Below, piece after piece: positions 1-9,671 of a stretch of DNA of 64,000 bases. The first letter of the stretch is position 1, and the number at the start of each line of letters is the position of its first letter. The translations under genes were made by a program, and so were the position numbers. Origin of the DNA: an uncultured Planctomycetaceae bacterium (GTDB lineage: Bacteria > Planctomycetota > Planctomycetia > Planctomycetales > Planctomycetaceae); the NCBI GenBank assembly GCA_903871805.1, contig CAIQIE010000263.1:518-64517 (forward strand), written 5' to 3'. The notes below the pieces were generated by a model, which was given only the letters and a program-made list of their open reading frames with translations, searched no databases and was not told where the DNA came from.

Positions 1-367
1 TACAGTTACTTGATCGTAGCTGTGCGAATCCTGCGGGCAGATATTGAGAGAAAATCTGCAGCATGGAAATTTCTTTTCCCATGCTGTCGGAGATTGCCCT
101 TGATAAAAGCGGAGGTAATTCAGAAACTTTGAGGCAGAGGCGCTTCCATAGATATTACCGATACTCAGTATTGTCTTTTCAATCCCGTGGTGGACTACAG
201 GCGCCGCTTCGTCAAGCGGCGGTGGATCTGGGCAATCTGCGTCTGAAGCGAAATAAGTGGGAACAATTCTGCATTTTCAGGATTGCAAACCGGCAGTCCT
301 GACGGCCTGAAGACGACGTCAGGCACTAGTTGTTTTCGGCGGCTTCGCGGGAAGAAGGAGCACTGGC

Positions 368-1117
368 ATGCAAATGGCCATTCCGTACCGTATGGGTTCA
401 TTGTGTCTGTTTGGACTGTTGACCGGCCTGAGTTTTTTTCCTGCCGCAGGAGATAGTCACGGATCTCGGCAGGTTTCGGCCGCGGTTGTTCCGATGGGCG
501 GGGCTCGAGTATTTTCCGGGTCACGGGAAGCCGGGGATGTCAATTTGAAAGACAGCAGGGTTTACATTTATGTCGGGAAGACGGGGCTGGGACACAATCA
601 TGGCGTCGAAGGGCGGTTGAAGAGTGGTCGTGTTCAGTTGGGTCAGCCGGAAAACGCGGGGGAACTGGTCTTTGACATGACATCCTTTGATGCGGACACG
701 GATGCATCGCGTCGGTACGTGGGTCTGGAGGGCAGCACCGACAAATCCACCCGTCAGCAGGTGAACGTCAACATGAAAGGCGCGGATGTGCTGAATGTTC
801 AGAAGTTCCCCCTGGCCACCTTCCGGATTACGTCTGCAAAGCTTTTGCAGGAGAAGGGGCGTCAGGGGCTTCCGGAGTATCAGTTGGATGGCCGATTCAC
901 GCTGCACGGAGTGACTCAGCCGCTTCGCTTTCAAGCCACGGGCGAAGAGAAGGATGGCAGGATTCACCTGCGTGGGTCGTTCAGCATCCTGCAGACAAAC
1001 TATGGCATTCGTCCCTATTCGAAAGCCTTTGGTGCGGTAGGTGTTACCGATAAGCTGACAATTTACGGGGACCTCTGGCTGGAAGCGGCTGTCATAACCA
1101 ACGGAACATCTGAGTGA
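368..1117 (+). CDS. YceI-like (polyisoprenoid-binding family) secreted protein
   Basis: 249-aa ORF with a hydrophobic N-terminus (LCLFGLLTGLSFFPAAG) followed by YceI-type blocks (ELVFDMTSFDADTD, KFPLATFRITSAKL, LHGVTQPLRFQATG, KLTIYGDLWLE). Motif-level recognition only. Confidence 0.75.
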   Translation: MQMAIPYRMGSLCLFGLLTGLSFFPAAGDSHGSRQVSAAVVPMGGARVFSGSREAGDVNLKDSRVYIYVGKTGLGHNHGVEGRLKSGRVQLGQPENAGELVFDMTSFDADTDASRRYVGLEGSTDKSTRQQVNVNMKGADVLNVQKFPLATFRITSAKLLQEKGRQGLPEYQLDGRFTLHGVTQPLRFQATGEEKDGRIHLRGSFSILQTNYGIRPYSKAFGAVGVTDKLTIYGDLWLEAAVITNGTSE

Positions 1118-1243
1118 ATATCCGTTGTGGAATTCGGAAGAGTCCGACTTCGCTTCCGAATCTGTCTGGTGACATCGATCGAACGGGGCTGCGTAAATCT
1201 GATTTTTGGGCGGCCGGTTTTTTGATCGTTCTGAAGGCCCTGA

Positions 1244-2131
1244 GTGACGACGACTTCTGTTGAGAGACATGCGCGAGCAGCCTGCGAGGACCTCATGATT
1301 TCCTGTGCGACAGTGCGTACGGATGTAATTCGGCAGCACTACAACATTTCAACGCTGTTCTATCGTCTACTGTGGGGACGTCATATTCACCATGGATTGT
1401 GGAACGGAAACGAATCACCGACTGTCGCTGCTCAGCAGTTAACAGAGCAGTTGGTGAAAGAAGCTGGAATTGCTTCGGGTGAGCGTATTGTTGACATTGG
1501 CTGTGGCATGGGCGGGTCGTCGATACATTTGGCTGGTCGAGTGGGCTGTCAGGTGACAGGAGTGACGATCAGTTCGTTTCAAAAGCGTTGGGCAACTGTG
1601 GCAGCGAGATTTTCTGGCGTGGGTGATCGAGCACAGTTTTTGTGTCAGGATGCAGAGACCACGGTGTTTCCGCCACAGTCAGTGGATGTTGTTTGGAGCG
1701 TAGAGTGCACGGAGCATCTGTTCGATAAACCCGCCTTTTTCCGAAGAATTTCGGAATGGCTTCGCCCTGGCGGTCGAGTGGCAATTTGTGCGTGGCTGGC
1801 AGGTGATGATCCTCTGACGGCCGACGCAGAGAAGCTGGTGTATCAGGTATGTGAGGGATTTTTCTGCCCATCGCTGGGATCAGAGCAGGACTACACGAGC
1901 TGGATGACGGACGCCGGGCTGAAGATGACGGCTGTCCATGACTGGACAAGTCGGGTATCACGGACATGGGAAATCTGTCGAGATCGCGTAAATCTTCTGG
2001 GGATCCGTCAGGTCGCGTCATGGCTTGACCCGGAACAGTTGATCTTTATTGATCGATTTCAAACGCTGCTGGATGCCTACAATACGGGCGCAATGAAGTA
2101 TGGATGTTTCATTGCGGAGAAGCAGCGATGA
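1244..2131 (+). CDS. Class I SAM-dependent methyltransferase (Methyltransf_11-like)
   Basis: Glycine-rich SAM motif VDIGCGMGGSSIHLA, DVVWSVECTEHL and RPGGRVAI blocks, and an N-terminal HYNISTLFYRLLWGRHIHHGLW block as in tocopherol/sarcosine-type O/N-methyltransferases. The ORF-track start at 1244 is GTG; an in-frame ATG at 1295 is a likely true start. The stop overlaps the next start (ATGA at 2128-2131). Confidence 0.85.
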   Translation: MTTTSVERHARAACEDLMISCATVRTDVIRQHYNISTLFYRLLWGRHIHHGLWNGNESPTVAAQQLTEQLVKEAGIASGERIVDIGCGMGGSSIHLAGRVGCQVTGVTISSFQKRWATVAARFSGVGDRAQFLCQDAETTVFPPQSVDVVWSVECTEHLFDKPAFFRRISEWLRPGGRVAICAWLAGDDPLTADAEKLVYQVCEGFFCPSLGSEQDYTSWMTDAGLKMTAVHDWTSRVSRTWEICRDRVNLLGIRQVASWLDPEQLIFIDRFQTLLDAYNTGAMKYGCFIAEKQR

Positions 2132-2964
2132 GTGATGTAACGGGTGGCGCTGCATTGATTGCGTTCCGCAGATGCCGGCGATTACCCTTTTCCCGACTGG
2201 GTGGTTTTGCGTTTGGCCTCTCGACCCAGGCTTTGTTTGCAGTCACCGTTGTGCATCTGTTTTCGTTTCTGCGGTATGGCTCCGCGGCGCCAGACAGTTT
2301 GTGGCTGTGGCAGGACGGCTTGCTGGCCCTGCAGTTTGCCATCCCGCACAGCATCCTTCTGCACCCTCGCTTTCGAACGCTGTTTCGCCACTGGTTTCCC
2401 GCGGAAATGCATGGAGCGTTTTTCTGTGTCTGGACATGTCTGAGTCTGCTGCTGTTGTTTCGATTCTGGAAAACATCGGCAGCAATAGTATGGGAACTCC
2501 ACGACTGGCCGGCGACTCTGATGCTCGCGGGATTCTATGCTTCGTGGGTCGGATTGCTGTACAGCATCAGCCTGACGGGGCTGGGCTTTCAAACCGGATG
2601 GACTCAGTGGGTACACTGGTACCGTCGACAACCACTGTCCGGGCGTGAATTTCAGACTCGCAGTCTGTATCGCGTGCTGAGGCATCCTGTGTACCTGAGT
2701 TTCCTTGGACTGATCTGGTTTACGCCGGTGATGACTGCGGATCACGCAGTACTTACTGGCATCTGGACACTTTATATTTTTACTGGCAGTGTTCTTAAGG
2801 ATCAGCGTTTGTTGTATTATCTGGGTGATTCGTACGCTGCATACATGTCACAGGTCAGTGGTTATCCGGGACTGTTTTTCGGGCCACTGGGGAAGTCGTC
2901 GAATCCGCAACCGGCTGAAATCGTGGTGCGCGTGAATTCTGAAAACAGGTCCCGGGCAGCATAA
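2128..2964 (+). CDS. Polytopic membrane methyltransferase, ICMT/PEMT (isoprenylcysteine carboxyl / phospholipid methyltransferase) family
   Basis: Multiple hydrophobic helices. The C-terminal signature RHPVYLSFLGLIWFTPVM ... KDQRLLYYLGDSYAAYMSQV resembles the RHPxY...E..L...G..Y..Y block of ICMT/PEMT enzymes. The ATG at 2128 is translationally coupled to the upstream gene; the ORF track extends to 2104. Confidence 0.7.
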   Translation: MSDVTGGAALIAFRRCRRLPFSRLGGFAFGLSTQALFAVTVVHLFSFLRYGSAAPDSLWLWQDGLLALQFAIPHSILLHPRFRTLFRHWFPAEMHGAFFCVWTCLSLLLLFRFWKTSAAIVWELHDWPATLMLAGFYASWVGLLYSISLTGLGFQTGWTQWVHWYRRQPLSGREFQTRSLYRVLRHPVYLSFLGLIWFTPVMTADHAVLTGIWTLYIFTGSVLKDQRLLYYLGDSYAAYMSQVSGYPGLFFGPLGKSSNPQPAEIVVRVNSENRSRAA

Positions 2965-3001
2965 TGTCAGGACGCCCCGGTGCCGCAACTCGGATGTCTC
3001 T

Positions 3002-5395
3002 ATGCATCAGATTCATGCTCGAATTCGACTTCTGCTGATTTATCTGCTGTTGTCGCTGCCAGTGATTGTTTACGGGGCGATTCAGGCATTGCAGGCCAGC
3101 AATAACTCACCCATCGACTGGGTTGACGATCGTTTCTCCGAACGAAAGACGTACGATTCGTTTGTCGAGCTGTTTGGCCCTGGCGATGCGGTGATCGTCA
3201 GTTGGCCGGAGTGTTATTGGACGGACGAACGGCTGGATCTGCTGCTCGATCGATTGCGCAGGGATCCGGCGTTTCTGAACGGTGAGGGCAAGTCATTTTT
3301 TCATACAGTGGCGTGCGGTCGCGAAATGCTGTTACAGATGACGGGAGCCGATCGTCCGAAATACACAACTCAAATCGCCTCCGGTGATCCGAACGCCAAT
3401 TCTGACGCCAATGGTATTCCTCTTGCGGATGCCGCACCAGACGGCTCATCACTGTCCATCAGTGAACCCGTAGCCATACAGCGACTGCAGGGGACGTTTC
3501 TTGGTCGTGACGGTCGACTGACCTGTGTCATCTGTACGTTCAACACTGAAGGTCTGGCATCGCGCGCCGTGATTGTGAAGAAGATGAAGGAACTGATTCA
3601 GGAGCTTTTCGGACTTGATGAAGAGGACCTGCGACTTGCCGGTCCGGTTATTGACGGACTGACTGTGGATGAAGCCAGCCACCGTTCACTGACTCAGTTT
3701 GCACTGCCGTCGTCCGTTGTCATTTTTCTGATCTGCCTCTTTTCCCTGAAGTCGCTGGTGGCCGCGACAATTGTGTTTCTGACAGCCTCGCTGTGCCAGG
3801 CGTTGCTTCTGGCCGTAATTTTCTACAGCGGGGAACGACTGAGTGCGCTACTGATCATTCTGCCGCCCCTGGTTCAGGTGCTGGCGGTTTCCGGTGGTAT
3901 TCATCTGATGAACTATTACTTCAATGCGCTGAAGATCATGCAACCCCGAGAAGCGGCGATTGAATGTTTTCGACAGGGTTGGCTGCCGAGTATCCTGTCA
4001 CTGGGGACCACAGCCATTGGAACTGCATCACTGATGATCAGTGGCCTGCAGCCGATTCGACTGTTCGGGATTTATGGAACAGTTGGCGTGCTGACGACCG
4101 CTGCAGCAGTTCTGACCGTGGTCCCGTGTTCCATGATGATACTTGGAAAAAAGAAAGCCCCGAGACGGGCAGACGGTGGAAGTCGGGAGTTCGAATTGTC
4201 GTCAGAATCCGGCGTTGAAGAGGCCACCGGGATCTGGCCATGGCTGGCAGCGTTTCTGCTGCGGTTCAACGGATTATCACTCCTTGTTCTGTTCGGCATC
4301 ATGGCCGTCGCGGCCATCGGGTTGCCGTATCTCACAACTTCGGTACGCATTGAAACGCTTTACGAAACCGACAGTCGCATCATGCGGGATTATGCGTGGC
4401 TGGAAGATCGGATTGGCGCTCTGGTTCCAATTGATGTACTGCTGACATTTGCTCCGGACAGTCGCCTGAACGATCGCCAGCGTATGGATGTACTCTGGAA
4501 GGCTGATCAGCGACTGCGACAGCTGTCCAGTGTCCGATCCACGATGTCCGCAATCAAGCTTTTTCCGGTCGTTCCGCGAATGCCTGGCGTCTCTGCAGTG
4601 ATTCGTGCATCGCTGATGAACAAAGCAGTACGGATGGCAAAGCCGGCCTTTGAAAACGCGGCCATGCTCAGAAACACCGATGCTGGTGAGGTCTGGCGAT
4701 TAACGGCTCACGTAAGTGCCCTGGCACCACTGGACTATGGCGAAGTACTGCAGGATATCCGCAGGGTTATCGACGAACAGTTGTCCGAAATGTCCCCGGA
4801 AACGCAATCCGGCATCGCGCTGATCACTTCCGGAATTATGCCACTTGTACATCAGATTCAGAGGCAACTTCTTTCGGACCTGTTCAACAGTCTGATGTCT
4901 GCGCTGCTGGTGATCACAATTACCATGACACTCGCACAGGCCGGATTTCTGAGTGGGCTGCTGGCGATGTGTTCCAATGTGTTTCCGATCATTATTGCGT
5001 TTGGGCTGATGGGGCTGATGCAGCAACCTATGGATATTGGATCCGTAATGACTGCCAGTATTGCCCTCGGCATCGCGGTGGACGATACGCTGCATTTTCT
5101 GACATTCTTTCGGCGCGAATTGAATCGCCCCGGAGCGAATCGATTCTCCGCCGTGCTGGCAACCTATCTGGATTGTGGTCCGGCAATGATCCAGACTTCC
5201 GTTTCCTGCGGCATTGGACTTCTTGTGTTTGCATTCAGCGATTTTGTGCCTACAAGCCGGTTTGCACTGCTGATGGCGTTTCTGCTGATGCTGGCGCTGC
5301 TGGGAGACCTGCTGATGCTGCCCGCACTGTTGCTGTCACCGTTTGGTCGCCTGTTTCAAGTCCCCGCGGACGAGTCCGAAATCACTTCTTCCTGA
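3002..5395 (+). CDS. MMPL/RND-superfamily exporter (HpnN-like, two 6-TM bundles)
   Basis: 797 aa with an N-terminal TM helix, a large soluble loop and a TM cluster, and this pattern is repeated once. The SSD/MMPL-like segments (LLIILPPLVQVLAVSGGIHLMNYY; SVMTASIALGIAVDDTLHFLTFF) are typical of RND/MMPL transporters. Confidence 0.8.
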   Translation: MHQIHARIRLLLIYLLLSLPVIVYGAIQALQASNNSPIDWVDDRFSERKTYDSFVELFGPGDAVIVSWPECYWTDERLDLLLDRLRRDPAFLNGEGKSFFHTVACGREMLLQMTGADRPKYTTQIASGDPNANSDANGIPLADAAPDGSSLSISEPVAIQRLQGTFLGRDGRLTCVICTFNTEGLASRAVIVKKMKELIQELFGLDEEDLRLAGPVIDGLTVDEASHRSLTQFALPSSVVIFLICLFSLKSLVAATIVFLTASLCQALLLAVIFYSGERLSALLIILPPLVQVLAVSGGIHLMNYYFNALKIMQPREAAIECFRQGWLPSILSLGTTAIGTASLMISGLQPIRLFGIYGTVGVLTTAAAVLTVVPCSMMILGKKKAPRRADGGSREFELSSESGVEEATGIWPWLAAFLLRFNGLSLLVLFGIMAVAAIGLPYLTTSVRIETLYETDSRIMRDYAWLEDRIGALVPIDVLLTFAPDSRLNDRQRMDVLWKADQRLRQLSSVRSTMSAIKLFPVVPRMPGVSAVIRASLMNKAVRMAKPAFENAAMLRNTDAGEVWRLTAHVSALAPLDYGEVLQDIRRVIDEQLSEMSPETQSGIALITSGIMPLVHQIQRQLLSDLFNSLMSALLVITITMTLAQAGFLSGLLAMCSNVFPIIIAFGLMGLMQQPMDIGSVMTASIALGIAVDDTLHFLTFFRRELNRPGANRFSAVLATYLDCGPAMIQTSVSCGIGLLVFAFSDFVPTSRFALLMAFLLMLALLGDLLMLPALLLSPFGRLFQVPADESEITSS

Positions 5396-5685
5396 ACCTC
5401 AGTGACGGATTTTTCTGCAACTGAAAAACCGGTTAGCGGCCATGAGTGGCAGGTGACAGGATTGCATGCCTAATTGGCCACCGGCTGATTCCGGGGAACA
5501 AATCAATCAGGGATCACCGTAATTTTCAAAACGTTTGGTTTTGCTGATTGCCTGTCTGCTGATCTTTGAGGAAAATCACGGAATGGCACCGCAGGCATTT
5601 CCTCAGGGTTGACGGTTCTCAGGGTTGACGGTTGCCAGGCGTCATTATCGGCGATTACTGACGGGAAGACTTCAGCGAGTATCTC

Positions 5686-6981
5686 ATGGGCGGTCTGGGA
5701 GCCAGATTGTTGCGGGCCAGGGCGAAGCTGTTCGGCTCCGCCGCGAAACAGATTCCGGTACCCTTTGAGGTGCCTTGTCACTGCGGCGGCCGTGTTGCGG
5801 GAATTCGACGACTGCAGCATCAGATTGCTGCGTGCTCAGCCTGTGGAACATCCGTTTTTATTCTCCCGGTCAATGTCTATCCAGCCACCAGACGCATTCA
5901 CAGCGAAGTCCCTGATGCCGCGCTGTCTGCCAGAGCTACAGCAGCCATGCGCGAGTTGGCGGGGCTCGATGCCAGTCCTGCCTCAGACCCTTCATCACAG
6001 GGGCTCGCTGATTCCGTCGAAAAGTCTTCACGCAGGCATGTCGGATCTCAGGCACGGGTCCCTAACAGCTCCGCCGGGGCAGAGACTCCTGATCGGAATT
6101 CGCGTCCAGCGGCAGAGACAAGATTGGCTGACTCAACCGTCGAGCAGCAGGAATCAGTTCCGGTTGTTCCCCGAATTTCCTTCAAGGTGCGTCTGAGAAG
6201 AACCTTCTCTCCATTTCGTCTGCTTGTGGCTTCCAGCCTGATTCTGCTGATGATTACGGCCTTGTGGATGGTGCAGCGGCAACAACTGGAGACCGCGCGA
6301 AAGACATGGCGACGAGAGATGGACCTCGCTCAGCAGGCCCTGAACGAGAAAAACTCCGATGCTTTCAGGACGTCTCTTGAAAAAGCAGTAGGTGCCGCCA
6401 GAAAACTTCGAAGGACTGATGCTGAAGCCCGAATGGCAGAATCCCTGCTGGATCAGTGCAGGGCCATTAACCAACTCTCCGCCTACGACCCGCTTGAAGC
6501 AATTGCGGATACGTTCAGCCAGGCGGCCGATGCTGCCATCGACCTGAATCGTCTGAATTCGGAATTGCAGGGCGTGTATCTCGTGTTCGAGTCGCCTCTG
6601 ATTCCGGACTCAGATAATGCGGCAAACCTGACTCTGGAATTGCCATTGATGATTCAAACGCGTCCGATTCGGCTGCATGTCTCGTCACCGTTGCTGACTC
6701 CATTGTGCAATAATAATCCTGCAACTCCCGTTCTGTTTCTGGCGAAGATCCAGTCCTGTCGCGCCGGAGCAGCAGATGGTCGTGGTATCGTGATTGAACT
6801 TGACGGCGGTTCCGTAACGCTGCTGACGTCGGAGTTCCTCGCGGGCCTGGCAGGCTACAATTCCCAGCAGATCCCGGAACTGGCGGCCTGTCTTCAGCGC
6901 CAGCAGAGCTTTATGGCAACGGGAAATCCAGACACAGAGGCGATCGCTCCCAAAACATCGGGACAGGGAGAGGTTCTATGA
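5686..6981 (+). CDS. Hypothetical membrane protein with N-terminal zinc-ribbon
   Basis: 431-aa ORF. It has a CHCGG...CSACG Cys4 ribbon near the N-terminus, a Ser/Pro/Ala-rich linker, one TM helix (LLVASSLILLMITALWMV) and a helical C-terminal domain. The stop overlaps the next start (ATGA at 6978-6981). Confidence 0.5.
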   Translation: MGGLGARLLRARAKLFGSAAKQIPVPFEVPCHCGGRVAGIRRLQHQIAACSACGTSVFILPVNVYPATRRIHSEVPDAALSARATAAMRELAGLDASPASDPSSQGLADSVEKSSRRHVGSQARVPNSSAGAETPDRNSRPAAETRLADSTVEQQESVPVVPRISFKVRLRRTFSPFRLLVASSLILLMITALWMVQRQQLETARKTWRREMDLAQQALNEKNSDAFRTSLEKAVGAARKLRRTDAEARMAESLLDQCRAINQLSAYDPLEAIADTFSQAADAAIDLNRLNSELQGVYLVFESPLIPDSDNAANLTLELPLMIQTRPIRLHVSSPLLTPLCNNNPATPVLFLAKIQSCRAGAADGRGIVIELDGGSVTLLTSEFLAGLAGYNSQQIPELAACLQRQQSFMATGNPDTEAIAPKTSGQGEVL

Positions 6982-8534
6982 CAGCTAACCACAGGCGAAT
7001 TCTGCTCGCATTTGGCTTTCTGCTGTTTCTGACGGCCAGCGAAACCACTTCGTGCTTCGGGCAGGTTGTCACGGTTCCCCAAATTCTTGAGCAGCAGAAA
7101 TCCTGGAAAAAATTCGCTGACGAGGGAAAGAAGCTCCAGATTGAGGGACGCTTCCAAAGTCGTGTTACGGATGCCTTCCGTATGGAACGAATCGATGTGA
7201 CCTTTCGTCACCCCTCCACAATTCGCCTGCCCGATCGAATTCACAAAGGCCAGCGAATAGAAGTTGTCGGGACCTTTGTTTCCGACGGGCCGCGCATCAC
7301 CTTTTCCGTAACTCGAATGCAGGTTCGTGATACTGACGAGGAGCAGTTACGAAAACGAGCATCCGAACCGGAGTGGGCGCTGCCCGACAAACAGCTGGAA
7401 CTCGCTGCCCAGTTTGTGCCGCGCGCAGAATTCTATGAAGACGATGTGCTCCGACAGGAAATTGCCGCTCTCCGAACCCGAGCGTTGACGGCAAAAAAGA
7501 AACTTATCGCCGGAAATGCCACTGCACTCCGCGAATTACTCGCTCAGGGAGAAAAACTGAATGTCAGTGAATCACTGCGTCAGGAACTGCGTTTTGAACA
7601 GGCTCTTGCTGAAGTCCGTCTGCCGGAGTTCAATCCAGATCAATTGCAGACTCTGGTTCACACCCTTCCCGGATGGGACGGCCGGGTCATGCAGATCCCC
7701 GAACCACTGAAAGCGGCTTTTGACAGAGATCCCGTGGCGGCCTACGCCCACGCTCTGGACACAGAACGAAAGTACCTGCATCGCCTTCTCTATATCCGTG
7801 TGCGGCTTGAAACCCTGAATCGATCATTGAAGCCAGATGGAAGTAATGCAGGCGCTCTGGCTCGTATCATTCGAGACGAATTGCCTTCAGAAGTAAAAAT
7901 CGCAGCAGAGTTTGAACGGCGGGAAATTCAGTGGCATCTGTCACGCACAGCCGGCATGGATCGCCAGGAACTGATTCAGGTCACAGAGTTGTTTGCGGGG
8001 CTTCAACGCCGCAGCGAGTCGGAGCAGTTGCGGAGCCAGTGGCTGCAGGAACAGGAAAAACGGTTTGGCACAAACTCACTTGCCGGATTGCTGCGAACGG
8101 CAGATGAGTATTTGTTTGTTGCAGAACAATGGCAGGACCAAAGCTCGCGAGAACGCGGTGTGCAACTTCTGAAAGAGGCATGGGAACGGGCGGGCAGGGA
8201 ATCACCGGAAGACGTCGCCGCAATTGCCGAGCGGCTGAAAACACTGGGGTGGGAATACTTTCGTGGTGGATGGTTGACAGCAGATCAGATCACCATGCTG
8301 CCGAAGGATGATGTGCAGCTGGCCATTCGTGAGGGACGTGTCGTTCGGGGAATGACTGCTGAGCAGGTCACAAAGACTCTTGGAAAGCCCAGAAGCGTCT
8401 CCAGACTTGGCAACAGCCGAGTGCTGCGTGAGTTCTGGAATTACGACGAAGCAGGCCTTGTCATTCGACTGCGAAGAAACCTGCAGCGCCCGGAAGAAGG
8501 CATGACCGTGGACGACGTTGCCAGAACTCGCTGA
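6978..8534 (+). CDS. Hypothetical secreted protein, C-terminal SmpA/OmlA(BamE)-like segment
   Basis: 518-aa ORF with a signal-like N-terminus (ILLAFGFLLFLTASETTSCFG), a long charged helical region, and a C-terminal GMTAEQVTKTLGKPRSVSR...EFWNY block resembling BamE/SmpA_OmlA. It is coupled to the upstream ORF. Confidence 0.55.
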   Translation: MTANHRRILLAFGFLLFLTASETTSCFGQVVTVPQILEQQKSWKKFADEGKKLQIEGRFQSRVTDAFRMERIDVTFRHPSTIRLPDRIHKGQRIEVVGTFVSDGPRITFSVTRMQVRDTDEEQLRKRASEPEWALPDKQLELAAQFVPRAEFYEDDVLRQEIAALRTRALTAKKKLIAGNATALRELLAQGEKLNVSESLRQELRFEQALAEVRLPEFNPDQLQTLVHTLPGWDGRVMQIPEPLKAAFDRDPVAAYAHALDTERKYLHRLLYIRVRLETLNRSLKPDGSNAGALARIIRDELPSEVKIAAEFERREIQWHLSRTAGMDRQELIQVTELFAGLQRRSESEQLRSQWLQEQEKRFGTNSLAGLLRTADEYLFVAEQWQDQSSRERGVQLLKEAWERAGRESPEDVAAIAERLKTLGWEYFRGGWLTADQITMLPKDDVQLAIREGRVVRGMTAEQVTKTLGKPRSVSRLGNSRVLREFWNYDEAGLVIRLRRNLQRPEEGMTVDDVARTR

Positions 8535-8642
8535 ACAGGCCACAGCCGGTCAGGAAACATGGTTCCCACGACAGCTGCCTGGGCGGGTATTACCGGCGAA
8601 AAACACGAGGTTTGTCTGGCGGCAATGTCTGGCCCGCCAGAA

Positions 8643-8683
8643 CGAAAATCGGCCCGTGATTCTGCTGGTCAGAATCACGGGCC
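8643..8683 (-). terminator. Rho-independent terminator downstream of sucD
   Basis: Perfect 14-bp inverted repeat GGCCCGTGATTCTG / CAGAATCACGGGCC (8651-8664 and 8670-8683) with a 5-nt loop. On the minus strand it is followed by GATTTTCGTT. Confidence 0.65.
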
Positions 8684-8716
8684 GAAGAAGTCTGCCTGAG
8701 AGCCGTGCCGAGTCTA

Positions 8717-9610
8717 TTATCGCTGCATGGCTTGTTTCATCGCATCGCCCATTCCACCTGGGCTGTCAGAAACCACAACACCGGCGGCTCGCAGTGCGGC
8801 CATCTTTTCTGTTGCAGTACCGGCGCCACCGGAAATGATCGCACCGGCATGTCCCATACGTTTTCCCGGAGGTGCAGTCTGTCCGGCGATGAATCCGGCG
8901 ACTGGCTTGGTGACATGAGACTTAATATATTCCGCTGCAGCTTGTTCTGCACTGCCACCAATTTCTCCGATGACCAGAATCCCTTCGGTACCCGGATCAT
9001 CCTGGAACATTTTGAGCAGTTCGATGTAGCTGGTGCCATTGATCGGGTCACCGCCGATACCAACTGCAGTGCTTTGCCCCAGCCCGACTCGGCCCAGCTG
9101 CCATGCCGCTTCGTAGGTCAGCGTACCGCTTTTGCTGATGATACCGATGGTACCTGGCTTATGAATGTAGCCGGGCATAATCCCGATTTTCGCCACGCCC
9201 GGAGTGATGACACCGGGACAATTGGGGCCAATCAGACGGGCGGAAGATTTTTCCATGCCGCGGCGAACGCGGAGCATGTCCATTACTGGAATGCCTTCTG
9301 TGATGGCTACGATCAATTCCATCCCGGCATCCGCCGCTTCAAGAATTGCATCAGCACAGAACGGAGGTGGAACGAAGATCATCGAAGTATTGGCGCCGGT
9401 TTTTTTCCGCGCTTCGATAACAGAGTTAAAGACGGGAAATCCGTCGACAGTTGTCCCGCCTTTTCCGGGAGTCACACCGCCCACAAAGACATCGACACCC
9501 GGCTGGCATTCCGCCGCGTAGGCTCGACACTGCTGACTGTGAAACAAACCGGAATTGCCGGTGATACCCTGAGTAATGACTCGAGTGGCCTTCGAAACCA
9601 GAATGCTCAT
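8717..9610 (-). CDS. sucD: Succinyl-CoA synthetase alpha subunit
   Basis: 297 aa. Contains [21 protein letters not shown], and the phosphohistidine loop [12 protein letters not shown]. Confidence 0.95.
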   Translation of the reverse strand: MSILVSKATRVITQGITGNSGLFHSQQCRAYAAECQPGVDVFVGGVTPGKGGTTVDGFPVFNSVIEARKKTGANTSMIFVPPPFCADAILEAADAGMELIVAITEGIPVMDMLRVRRGMEKSSARLIGPNCPGVITPGVAKIGIMPGYIHKPGTIGIISKSGTLTYEAAWQLGRVGLGQSTAVGIGGDPINGTSYIELLKMFQDDPGTEGILVIGEIGGSAEQAAAEYIKSHVTKPVAGFIAGQTAPPGKRMGHAGAIISGGAGTATEKMAALRAAGVVVSDSPGGMGDAMKQAMQR

Positions 9611-9671
9611 CGGAGGTAATTCGCAAAGAGAGAAAAGGAGTGAATCAAAATGGACCTGAACGCGCTGGCGA

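Noticed and set aside
63-322. A 79-aa ORF followed by a CCTGACG/CGTCAGG hairpin (297-322) and GTTGTTTT.
   Set aside because: The translation is not protein-like (Arg/Tyr/Ser runs). The hairpin stem is only 7 bp with a 12-nt loop. This is too weak to call a gene or a terminator.
364-379. TGGCATGCAAATGGCC with correct -24/-12 spacing.
   Set aside because: It overlaps the first ATG of the YceI-like ORF and would require a leaderless mRNA starting at the ninth codon (the ATG at 392). It also has three mismatches and no activator context. It is kept only as a note.
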